In this document: positions 9,962 to 19,152 of the stretch, one piece after another
Layout of the letters: each line of letters begins with the position of its first letter
How positions within the stretch are numbered: position 1 is the stretch's first letter
Source of the DNA: Porphyridium purpureum
Lineage: Eukaryota
Direction: 5' to 3'
DNA length: 64,000 bases
NCBI GenBank assembly: GCA_008690995.1
Contig: VRMN01000005.1
Coordinates: forward strand, 930,001-994,000
Made by a program: the position numbers and the translations under genes
The notes under the pieces: model-generated
What the model was told of the DNA's origin: nothing
Databases searched by the model: none
The model's input: the letters and a program-made list of their open reading frames with translations, nothing else

Positions 9962-12700
9962 CTAAGTTGTGGGGCCCCAAGTTACAGACTGGCTAGCCAC
10001 ATCGCCCGCACCGGCGGCTTCGGCTGCAACATGCTGCTCCGATGGTGACTCAAAACGAACACCCATTGATGCCATCTCTTCCGCAGTCACTTTGTCAAAT
10101 TCCTGGCCAGCAGGCCGTCCCTTCATAAATCGCATCAACTGCATCTCACCGTCCGGGTCCGGAATTTCGACCAGGTCTCCGTCTTGAAATTGGTCAGCTT
10201 GCGCCAAGATTTCGTCCATCGCTTGTTTCCGCTTTTCGGCATTTATGACGTACGCTTCAGGAACCACATCGGCCTGTGTTACCGGGTCATAATCGGGGTG
10301 CTCCTTGAACGCTTTGTTTCTTTCATGTAAATGCCGCAGAAGGTCAACGTGCTCGCGGTCAAAGTGCGGCGCCGTCGTCGCGAGCGCTCGCTTTTTGAAG
10401 TGCCGCTTAATCAAGAAATCTTGCTGCGCCTTGGGAGGCCATCTCACTAGCATGTGCGCAAAGTATGGGCCGTCCTTTTCCGTCTCCACGAAATAGTCGA
10501 TCATCCTGCTTTCCTCATGCAGAGCTTGAGCCAACGAGATCTTTCCTGTGATGAGCTTTGGAAAGTGCTTCTCCTCCATCAAAAAATAGTTCAGCAGTGC
10601 TTGAGTGAGCCTTGTAATGTCAGTGCGCAAGCGAGGCCCGCGCTCGGAAATCGGCAACAAATGAATCGTCGAACAGACAGTATCTTCCACATCGTCAAGC
10701 GCATCCAAAATTTTCTGCATAAATACACGGCTGTCTGAAAGCGGAAACAGTGTGTTTTCCAACGGGCAAATGTTTTCCTGAAACCAAGGCACGAAAATGT
10801 TCTGGTCGTATTCGATCCATCTCCGAATAAATGCCTCCGTGAGGATCCAATAATCCTGAAACGTTCTAACGTCCTCCGTATCGACGCTCGTGAAAAGCTG
10901 ATCGAGAATGGACAGGCCGTGGTACACGTCCTTCAGCTCACATCTGATCGCATTGTGAGGCAAAGCCAACAAATCCATGCCGTGCCCCATGACGCCGTAC
11001 GGTGCTTTCAACAAAGCGGGACCTGAAAAACTTTTCTGCTTCTGCCTCTTAATTTCCATAAATCGTTCCGAGTGACCACCCTGCATCGAGCCCTGGAGTG
11101 CATGCGCGCCACTTCCTGCTGATTGGCGGCTCTCCGTACGAGACAGTCCGTGACTAATTGTCTTGGAAAGGCCATGGCTCACGTTTCTCGAAATATCGTG
11201 GCTCTTGCCCTTCGACTTGTCCTGCGACTTGTCGTGGCTTCTTGTTCTGGACCTGTTTGCCTCGAATCCAACCTGGGCACCGCTCCCATTTCCGCTTCCC
11301 AAGTCATTCCACTGGCCGGCAGGGCGCATTGACGAAGTGATATCGGACTGCGATTTGTGACGAACAAACGACTTTTCCGGGGCGTCTTGAGGATTCGGGG
11401 CAACGCTCGTAAAAGACAGCTGCGTCGCTGACCCTTTCAGATCGGTCATGGAGCGCCTTGTACTAGGCGATGCCGAAGCGGAGGCTGCTTGGCGATCACC
11501 TGCTGCGTTCACCAGCCGGCTTGACCCAAACCGACCGCTGACCCCTGCCAGCCGCTGCGAACCCATGCGATCACGCTTCTCGAAGTATGCTTTGGCCTCG
11601 CCCTGCAAGCTCTCTTCGACAACTTCATTCTCCGGGTTCGGGTTGTCTGTCTTTGCACCGGACCGATCGATCAAACCCGGCATGAGAATTTTGCCGCCTT
11701 TGGCCCCGCTGCGTTCAACCGTGTACGCCATCGAGAATTCATCTTGGAACGCTTGCGCGTCTGGTATCGGCGCGGCCTTAACTTCACTATCAATACCAAG
11801 CTTGCGCATGTTCATTCTGAAGACACTCGGAACTTTCTTCATCGACTGGCCATCAAGGGGCATGTCGCCCAGCACAGACGAATCCGTTTCCCCGTCCACA
11901 TCCCCGCGGGGTTCAGCTACGCCCGCGGGAATACTTCCTCCGCCAAACAGCTGGCGCATGCTGCCGTGCGTTCCACCTGGTGTGGCTATGGTAGGCTCGT
12001 CAACAGACCTTGGCGCGGACGAGGTGGCTCCGAACAGGTTCCGCATGCTCGTGCGGGTCTCCGACGCGGCGCGTGGCCTGGGTTGCTCACGGGTCGGCCG
12101 CTGTTCACCGTCCTCTGAGTTTGCGTGCGACGCGCTTCTCCCTCCGTCAAGCGCCGCACGAAGATTACGAAAGCTGCCTTTGGAACCAGACATGGTTCGG
12201 GGTCCAGGTGAGGGAGCCGATGAGCCCACAAACGAGGGCTCTCTTTCCGCGCTCGCATTGGTCGACTTTGACTCGAATGATGCCATGATATTGCGGAAAC
12301 TGCCCTGCCTTCGCATACTCCCGCCCGTACTCGAGGTCGACCTCTCCCTGGGCCCCATGCCCGGTGTGACCGAGCCCGCGCTCGAGCCCATGCCGGGAGC
12401 GGCGCCTGATTCCCTGTCGCGCGAACGATCTGGCGCGTTCCCAGCAAAGAGCAGCGAGCCACTGCTGTGTTTCAACAGAGACTGCTCATGCGTGCCACCC
12501 GCATCCTCGCTTTGCATGGGCATTGGCCGCGACGCGCTGGGCGGCGCGGAGCCTTCTCTGGAGAAGAGCGCGCGCATGGATTTCTTGACCGACTTTTGGG
12601 ACGTGAGCGTGGGCTCATCCGAGGCCTGCTTCGAAAACAGCGCGCGCATGCTTTTGCCCGACCCCGCCATGGTCTTTGACGACGCCTTGCTATCCGCCAT
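9962..12700 (-). CDS. Hypothetical protein: long low-complexity N-terminus plus degenerate hemerythrin-like helical domain
   Basis: Long uninterrupted ORF with recurring 'SMRxLF' motifs in the N-terminal half. The C-terminal LALPHNAIRCEL...NIFVPW...YFLMEEKHFP follows hemerythrin/HHE spacing. The start is taken as ATG 12700 (MADSKA). Confidence 0.65.
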   Translation of the reverse strand: MADSKASSKTMAGSGKSMRALFSKQASDEPTLTSQKSVKKSMRALFSREGSAPPSASRPMPMQSEDAGGTHEQSLLKHSSGSLLFAGNAPDRSRDRESGAAPGMGSSAGSVTPGMGPRERSTSSTGGSMRRQGSFRNIMASFESKSTNASAEREPSFVGSSAPSPGPRTMSGSKGSFRNLRAALDGGRSASHANSEDGEQRPTREQPRPRAASETRTSMRNLFGATSSAPRSVDEPTIATPGGTHGSMRQLFGGGSIPAGVAEPRGDVDGETDSSVLGDMPLDGQSMKKVPSVFRMNMRKLGIDSEVKAAPIPDAQAFQDEFSMAYTVERSGAKGGKILMPGLIDRSGAKTDNPNPENEVVEESLQGEAKAYFEKRDRMGSQRLAGVSGRFGSSRLVNAAGDRQAASASASPSTRRSMTDLKGSATQLSFTSVAPNPQDAPEKSFVRHKSQSDITSSMRPAGQWNDLGSGNGSGAQVGFEANRSRTRSHDKSQDKSKGKSHDISRNVSHGLSKTISHGLSRTESRQSAGSGAHALQGSMQGGHSERFMEIKRQKQKSFSGPALLKAPYGVMGHGMDLLALPHNAIRCELKDVYHGLSILDQLFTSVDTEDVRTFQDYWILTEAFIRRWIEYDQNIFVPWFQENICPLENTLFPLSDSRVFMQKILDALDDVEDTVCSTIHLLPISERGPRLRTDITRLTQALLNYFLMEEKHFPKLITGKISLAQALHEESRMIDYFVETEKDGPYFAHMLVRWPPKAQQDFLIKRHFKKRALATTAPHFDREHVDLLRHLHERNKAFKEHPDYDPVTQADVVPEAYVINAEKRKQAMDEILAQADQFQDGDLVEIPDPDGEMQLMRFMKGRPAGQEFDKVTAEEMASMGVRFESPSEQHVAAEAAGAGDVASQSVTWGPTT

Positions 12701-12834
12701 GACTCCTCCCCCAAACCCGTGTCCCTCAATGCTACGCGCACCGCGGCTCTCCCCCACCCTCGCGACGCCGCACGCCGCACGAAATCCGCACAATCCACTA
12801 CAAACACTCTACCCTCCAAACCCACCACCGAGCC

Positions 12835-12837
<3 letters not shown>

Positions 12838-12872
<35 letters not shown>

Positions 12873-12931
12873 GTGTGCCGGTCTCTCTCTCTCTACAACC
12901 CTTTATATGTCCCTGCCTCTCTCTCTCTCTC
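12838..12931. repeat. (TG)n microsatellite (12838-12877) followed by two short (CT)n tracts
   Basis: Directly visible. It lies just upstream of the minus-strand gene starting at 12700. Confidence 0.95.
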
Positions 12932-13353
12932 CCTTCTCCGCTCCGCCTTCACCATAGCGCCACCTCCTTTTTTTCGACCGCCAAGTCACGTCTGCGCTCA
13001 CGCGCCGCACACGCAGCAGCGCCAGTGCGAATAATCACACGCGTTCTGGTGAGGTGTGTTTTCATGATTGCACGGTTTCGCGAGCGGTTTGGGAATTTGG
13101 GGGAGGATTTCGGGGAATGGCGTTGCGTGTGTAAAAATAGATTCCGTGCGTGCGCGCAGATTTGGCCGCGCAAATGTAGCGCGCCGCGCGCGGTTTCGCG
13201 ACGTGCGACACGCTTTCGCGTGAAAAGTGGCGCGCAAACTTGGTTGAATCCAGAACGTGCGGCGCACCGCGCGCGTGCTGAGGCGCGTGTGCTCGATGGC
13301 GCAACGGGCACGCGAGGTACAGTGAGATGGAATAGGGTACACCGCGGCTTGTT

Positions 13354-15639
13354 TCATGCGTTCGAGTTGTCGCAGCGGAGCGGGAGACGGCGCACGGGGA
13401 ACGAGCAGATCACGCCCACTTTGAACTGGAAGGCGTGGCGACGCGAGTGGTCTGCGGCCCGTGGCGGATCAGAAATGACGTTCAGACTGCCGCGGATAAG
13501 ATCCACCATCGCGCGCACCCTCGCGACATCGAATTCGTGCACGAGCCGGTCTGCCGCAGACTCGCACGTGCTCAGCAGCGCCACGCTCGCACGGCACGCG
13601 TTGGGGTTGCTCGCCACTTCGTCGTTCATGCTACTGTGGTCAACGACCATCTGGACCCGAGCGCCGGGAGACGTGGCGTGCAGCACAGCGTCGACGAGGA
13701 TCTCGACAACACCCCTCAGCACCGCCGCATCATTTCGCGAACACACGCACACCACCTGCCTGTCGCGCTCTAGACCAGAGGGCCGAGGCGCCGCTGCGAA
13801 TCCGTGCGCATACTCAAACACAATCATGCTTTCCAGAGCCAGCAGCTCGGCAGAATGTCTCACACTGGTGAAAACCTCAGTCAGCTCCACGCCGCCGCCA
13901 TCATAGCCTCCACCACGATGTGTGACGCCATCTAGACTCGTCTCGTCATCTCGCTCGGCCTGGCTACTGCTGTCACACGTCACGTCCACAACGCTGCTCA
14001 CGTCGGCGCTGCTCGAGCTGCGTCCACTCCTCCCTTGTGCGTCCAGTAACTCTCCATTCGCAGCGCCGACGCTGCGACCTTCCAACAGAAGCATGGACCT
14101 TCGCTTTCGAATAATATCCGCCGGATTATTTGCAGCTGGCAGCAGGGCTCTCCGATCCGAGTCCAGCGGCATCAGCACACTTTGGATACGCTCGCTCTGC
14201 ACGATAATATTCCGCGCCAGGTCACGACTGAGATCGTCCGGTGCGAGACGCCGCTCCAAGAGCTTACCAAAAGTCGTCAACGTGCCGAGCGGAGACCGCA
14301 CTTGTTGCAGCATGCGCGACAGGCCCTGGCGCAGCCGGTTCATGACGTCGTGCTCTTGCTCTCGTGCCAATTCATACGCGATCGTCTGGCGCTCCAGAAC
14401 GACGGCGCACGCGATGCTCTTTGCAATCGCCGCAAGGATTTGTCTCTTCCATGACGGCCACGAGCACGCAGAGTCTGCAACCCCATTTGATGCCACGCCC
14501 GCATTGGAGGCTCCTTCAAAGTTGACCGCTGAGCCTCGCCAATAAGCTTCATTGGTCACCACAAGGATACCAACTGGGAATCCACTCGCCGATACAAGAG
14601 GAATACACAACGCACCTTCACAGACATTAAACATCTCGTCGAGTTCTCTTCCTTCAAGAATCTTCATCGATGCTTTCACGAGGGCTGCGTTCAGCACGTC
14701 TTGAATGGTGTCATCGGTTTCAGCCTCTGCCTTCGTTCCTGCACCTTCCCCGGCATGGCTTGTATTTTCTCCAAAGACCGAGATTAAAGGTAAAAAGGAG
14801 TATTCTGAACCACTACTCCTCGCCTCATTGTCCGGTCCGTCCTGCGGGGGAAGCGCAAGCAGAGATATGGTGGCATGAAGCACGCCCGCGACGCAACGAG
14901 CAAGATACAGCTGCTCTGTGCATAGAGTTGTCAGCGACGGACTGGAACTGGTGGCGTGCACCACCACTTTTGCACCGGCGGGCGAGACAGGTTTTGCTTC
15001 CGATGTACGTGCGGGGGATGCGCTGCGAATCCGTTCCGATTCCCCATGGCCGGGATCTTTGTTCCGCGTCCTTGCGGAGCTTGGGATATCTGACGTTGTA
15101 CCTTCACTCGGTACGGCTTCTGTCGGTCTTGGACGAGGGCGTACGAGCCGCAGCGGGGTGGACGCCGCCGAAGAGGTCGAAGACGAGTTGTTCGCGGGCC
15201 TCGCAAGGCTGACCTGCGGTAATGTGGTGCGAACGTCTCGGCGTTCGTCATTCGCGTGCTCTCGCGAAGTCCCAATCACTTTTCGTGCCTTTGGCAGCTC
15301 TGCGCGCGCTCGTGAAACTGAATTTGCGTCTGCGACGATCTTGGCATGTCTTGCGGGCGTCGCCCGCCTGCGAAGCGAATTCGCGGCGCGCACGCTCTCG
15401 GCATCACCTCTATTTGCGTTTCCTGCATCACGAGACTCACGTGCGCGCATACACCATGCTCCTCGCGTAAGCCCTTTTATTTTCGGAGCCTGCCTCACCT
15501 CGCACACGGCCCAGCTCTTTGCGCAGAGCCCGCATGCACACCATTCACGTGCACTGCAGGTTCTCTTACACCCTACCAAACTACACGCCCGCACAAACGC
15601 CGTTGCGCGCACGTCTCTTCCAGTCGCCTCGCAATCCAT
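13354..15639 (-). CDS. CSK: Chloroplast sensor kinase (CSK/Hik2)-like protein with GAF and degenerate histidine-kinase domains
   Basis: Transit-peptide-like start (ATAFVRAC). GAF start SPSLTTLCTEQL and LCIPLV...GILVV. The DHp segment QQVRSPLGTLTTFGKLLERRL...DLARNIIVQSERI matches Hik2-type HQxRNPLTALRTFGKLLLKRL. Confidence 0.8.
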   Translation of the reverse strand: MDCEATGRDVRATAFVRACSLVGCKRTCSAREWCACGLCAKSWAVCEVRQAPKIKGLTRGAWCMRARESRDAGNANRGDAESVRAANSLRRRATPARHAKIVADANSVSRARAELPKARKVIGTSREHANDERRDVRTTLPQVSLARPANNSSSTSSAASTPLRLVRPRPRPTEAVPSEGTTSDIPSSARTRNKDPGHGESERIRSASPARTSEAKPVSPAGAKVVVHATSSSPSLTTLCTEQLYLARCVAGVLHATISLLALPPQDGPDNEARSSGSEYSFLPLISVFGENTSHAGEGAGTKAEAETDDTIQDVLNAALVKASMKILEGRELDEMFNVCEGALCIPLVSASGFPVGILVVTNEAYWRGSAVNFEGASNAGVASNGVADSACSWPSWKRQILAAIAKSIACAVVLERQTIAYELAREQEHDVMNRLRQGLSRMLQQVRSPLGTLTTFGKLLERRLAPDDLSRDLARNIIVQSERIQSVLMPLDSDRRALLPAANNPADIIRKRRSMLLLEGRSVGAANGELLDAQGRSGRSSSSADVSSVVDVTCDSSSQAERDDETSLDGVTHRGGGYDGGGVELTEVFTSVRHSAELLALESMIVFEYAHGFAAAPRPSGLERDRQVVCVCSRNDAAVLRGVVEILVDAVLHATSPGARVQMVVDHSSMNDEVASNPNACRASVALLSTCESAADRLVHEFDVARVRAMVDLIRGSLNVISDPPRAADHSRRHAFQFKVGVICSFPVRRLPLRCDNSNA

Positions 15640-16537
15640 CTCCGCAACGATTCCCGCCTGTCCTTCCGTCTCTCGCGCGTCTCTCCCCTGTCTCCCATCC
15701 TCCTTCCTCCGTCACCTCCATGCTGGTTCGCTCCAACCCGCATTCGACGGGCCAACTGTACACTACTGAACATCGTGGGTGATTTGGATAGTGTACAGTT
15801 GTCATCCACGTCGTTTCGAGAAAAACTGGCGGCACGCGTTGAGGATTGGGCCAGCCTGCGCCACAGGCATTTGCACGAACGGTAGACGTATGACATGCTC
15901 GACTGGCATTGTACCTACCCGTGACCTCAGGGACCACGCTCTGCGTCGAGCTTCATGCGCAGTATTTGTACCAAACTGCAGTTCTTCCAGGTTGTCGCTG
16001 CGGACCGATTTTGGCAGATCAAGAGTTGAACTATGGATCTACGCTTCCTCTCGGTTGTCGGGTGACCGTTCCTGCGCTCTCTGTGAATGTCAACGCCATA
16101 AACAGAGTTTTTATTCATTCATAGTCCCGATAGAATCACAAGACGCTGACTCTGAGTTGCGTACCATGAAAGGCATAACCACACCTGAGCGGCCGATTTG
16201 TTCTCGCTTCGGACCATTTTTTTTTTTGCATCCCGTCTCGTAGGTTTATCATTGAAGCTGTCCAGCACCTTGGCTGACAAGATCTTGGGTACCGTGGCCT
16301 GCCTGCCTGGCATTCCGTCAGCGTCGGCAACACAAGTGTACGTTTCCCTGTTCAATTTCTAGAATCATGGTCCCTTGTTCTTTGTGGCTGTGGGGGAGTT
16401 ACCACATCGAAATCAGACGCTCTGAGCAAATGGAGAGCACGTTGGCGTCCCAATCCCAAATACCATCTTTATCTACTTCGATTCCACCGCCGCTTATGCA
16501 ATCCTTGATCATCACGATGACGACCGGATACTGCAAG

Positions 16538-16554
16538 CAGCAGCAGCAACAGCA

Positions 16555-16591
<37 letters not shown>
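16538..16591. repeat. (CAG)n trinucleotide repeat, 18 units with two CAA interruptions
   Basis: Directly visible. It is not part of a convincing CDS. Confidence 0.95.
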
Positions 16592-16594
<3 letters not shown>

Positions 16595-16795
16595 GCGACG
16601 GCAAGCAGCAGCTGCCAGTCGGTAGCGCCAGCTTGGAGTTGACACGAGTTGCAGCTTCATGAACTGCTGACTGTACCGGCCAAGTGTACCTCATCTTTCA
16701 AAGGGGAAAAGCTGAATCGGGTGCGACACGAGGTTGGGGAGTAGCAGGTGTGGGGAAGGCGGAGGCGCGGTTGCGGAGGAGCAAGGGCCGGTGCA

Positions 16796-18811
16796 ATGGT
16801 GGGCGGGGGCAGCGGTACGGTGGTCGAGACCGTACGAGCGCAGACGGAGGGCACGGGGTCGCAGGGGCCGCCGGGATCGAGCGACGCAATGGCGACGTTG
16901 CGCACCAAGGGCTCGGCCGCCATGGAGCAGGTCATGGAGCAGGTGAATAAGGTGTCGTCGCAGGCGCAGGCGAGCTGGAGCGGGTTGGTCAGTCGGGCCG
17001 AGAGCTCCGTGCCGCGTGGAAATGCGGCCGCGGAGGAAGCGGCGCCGCGCGCGTATTCGCGTGTGTCGAGCGGTTCGGGCGCGAGCTCGGGCATGCCCGG
17101 CGCGGTGCCGCTCGCCCTGGCGGGTATTCTGGGCGCCGTGCTCGCGCTCATGGGTGCGTTTGTGCTCACGCATCTGTCGCAGAGATCGCGCGCACATGTT
17201 CCGGACTTTGTGGACGATGACATGCTGGGCTACGCCAAGCGCGGCCAAGCTGTTCGCACGTATGACCTCACCGATCTCTCCGTGATCGAGGAGTTTCCTA
17301 GCGTCTTGGACGCCGACGACTTTGACTACGCCACATTCCAGTCCAAGTGGGCGTTAGTGCAAAAGACCGCCATGCGCAATTGCTCCGTGATCAACACGCA
17401 CGCAAGGAGCAGGACGTATTTTTACAAGTCGGCAGCACAAAACCTGACGTTTGTGAGCACGACAGAGACGGCGGCTGTACGCATGTACCGATCCATGTTC
17501 CGCGACGTTCTGTACAAGCAGGCCACTGTCTTTCGAGATTTGATCTCGTACATGAGCATGATTGCGAACGTGCAATTCGACGCGCCGGTATTCTTCGCCA
17601 CGGTGCGCATCCATAGCTCGATTCTGAATCGCATTTACTTTGTCGATGCCGTCAGTATCATGGCTGGTAAGATCAAAAACTGCGTGGTGCGCGAACTGCT
17701 GGCCCTCGGCGCTCTTGAAGTTGAGGGCGTGAAAGTGCACGACAGTACGATTGACAAGGCCGTGCTGGAGGACGTGCGCCTGACCAACGTGCAAGTCTCG
17801 GACTCGGTGCTGACTGATCTGGTGTTTAAGGCGAACCTGTTTGTGCGCGAGCTTTCTCTCAAAGCAGTGTCGGTCAAGGGCGTGGACTTTGCCGCGTCCG
17901 TTGTGTTCCGCAAACTGAAGGTGCTCAGATCGACGCTGTCCGATCTGACCTTTTCCGAGTTTGTGCTTGGGGATCCGCTGAGCTTTGTGCAGAGCAAGGT
18001 GAGCGCCGTTTCCTTTGCGCGGGGCCTGTTTGCGCGCTCGCTTACGCTCACCGGGAGCTCGGTACGTTCGGTTGGGTTCGATGGTTCCATGACCGTGAGC
18101 TCTGCCCTACAAGTGTCGAAGAGTGAGGTGAGCGACATGACGTTTAGCGCTGATACTGTACTGCACACGGCAAAGTTGACCAAAACAGCCTTTTCTGACA
18201 TCACCTTTGACGGCGATGTATCAGTGGATCGCGCGACGTGGAGTGGGATCACGATGCAGGGCCTGAAGCTGGCGCGCTCGATGAAGATACGCGACGCGAA
18301 AATTTCTGGATCGAGCCTGAGCGGTGTTCAGTTCCTAGGTGACGCCGAATTGACAGGCTCGTTGAGCAAGGTGCGGCTCACTGATGTGAGCGTATCGTCG
18401 CGTTTAAAACTCACGCGCGCTTATCTTGAGGCGGTGCAGATTGATGGCTTGCGCGTATTGCCAGATGCGGTACTCGGTGCTGACCTGATCGTGGCGCGGA
18501 ACGTTGTGATCAGCAACTCGACAGTGGATGGCTTTGCCATTTTTGATGAAAGCCAGTTGAAGAGTGTCGAGTTTATCAACGTGGTGTTCAATGACATGGC
18601 GTCGTTTGAGGATGCTGTGCTGACGCAAGTGAAGTTTACAAATGTGATTTTCAAGGACTTGGCGATCTTTGAGGGCGCCACGTTGTCCAAGTGCACTTTC
18701 AAGAACGTCGTGTTCGAAAGGCCGGTCAAGTCGCGCAATGCCAAGCTGCGTAAGACCACTTTTGTGGATACAGTATTTCCAGAGGATGGCGGCTTCACAA
18801 AGGAGTTTTAG
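16796..18811 (+). CDS. Single-pass membrane protein with a long pentapeptide-repeat-like beta-helical domain
   Basis: One hydrophobic segment (LALAGILGAVLALMGAFVL) is followed by ~370 aa of repeats such as ASFEDAVLTQVKFTNVIF and AIFEGATLSKCTFKNVVF. The start (16796 or 16889) is uncertain. Confidence 0.75.
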   Translation: MVGGGSGTVVETVRAQTEGTGSQGPPGSSDAMATLRTKGSAAMEQVMEQVNKVSSQAQASWSGLVSRAESSVPRGNAAAEEAAPRAYSRVSSGSGASSGMPGAVPLALAGILGAVLALMGAFVLTHLSQRSRAHVPDFVDDDMLGYAKRGQAVRTYDLTDLSVIEEFPSVLDADDFDYATFQSKWALVQKTAMRNCSVINTHARSRTYFYKSAAQNLTFVSTTETAAVRMYRSMFRDVLYKQATVFRDLISYMSMIANVQFDAPVFFATVRIHSSILNRIYFVDAVSIMAGKIKNCVVRELLALGALEVEGVKVHDSTIDKAVLEDVRLTNVQVSDSVLTDLVFKANLFVRELSLKAVSVKGVDFAASVVFRKLKVLRSTLSDLTFSEFVLGDPLSFVQSKVSAVSFARGLFARSLTLTGSSVRSVGFDGSMTVSSALQVSKSEVSDMTFSADTVLHTAKLTKTAFSDITFDGDVSVDRATWSGITMQGLKLARSMKIRDAKISGSSLSGVQFLGDAELTGSLSKVRLTDVSVSSRLKLTRAYLEAVQIDGLRVLPDAVLGADLIVARNVVISNSTVDGFAIFDESQLKSVEFINVVFNDMASFEDAVLTQVKFTNVIFKDLAIFEGATLSKCTFKNVVFERPVKSRNAKLRKTTFVDTVFPEDGGFTKEF

Positions 18812-19152
18812 AATGACCGCCCCAGGTCGTGGAGAAAAGGCTATTGTGCAGTTGGTTGGTTTGTTTGTTTGTTTAATTCCTAGCTTCCTATTATTTTTTT
18901 CTTGTTCATCTGCTTCTTCTTCTCTCCCCGCCTGTTTATATCGCCGAGTGAAATGGTCCGCTCGCCGGCGCTCTCCATCGCCCAGCTCGTTTCTCGCTGC
19001 GAACCACTGCACGCCTGATAGTTATGAAACCCAGCTTGGTGCACAGACGTTCGGTCTGTGCGACTTGAAATGCTCCGTGAGGCCGTGGAAAAAAAGAAAG
19101 CTCGCGCGTGGACTGGCTGCGACTCTGCAGTGGTTTTGTCGCTCCCACACAG

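Noticed and set aside
11448..13034. 528-aa plus-strand ORF, and similar long antisense ORFs (21454-22578, 23270-24649, 56100-57134)
   Set aside because: These are shadow ORFs opposite real genes in GC-rich DNA and carry no motifs. One reads through a microsatellite.
15423..15569. Intron in the CSK-like 5' region (GTAAGA...TGCAG)
   Set aside because: Splicing it would create an in-frame TGA, and the ORF is open without it.
16367..16642. Poly-Q protein
   Set aside because: A short ORF explained by the CAG microsatellite, with no other coding signal.
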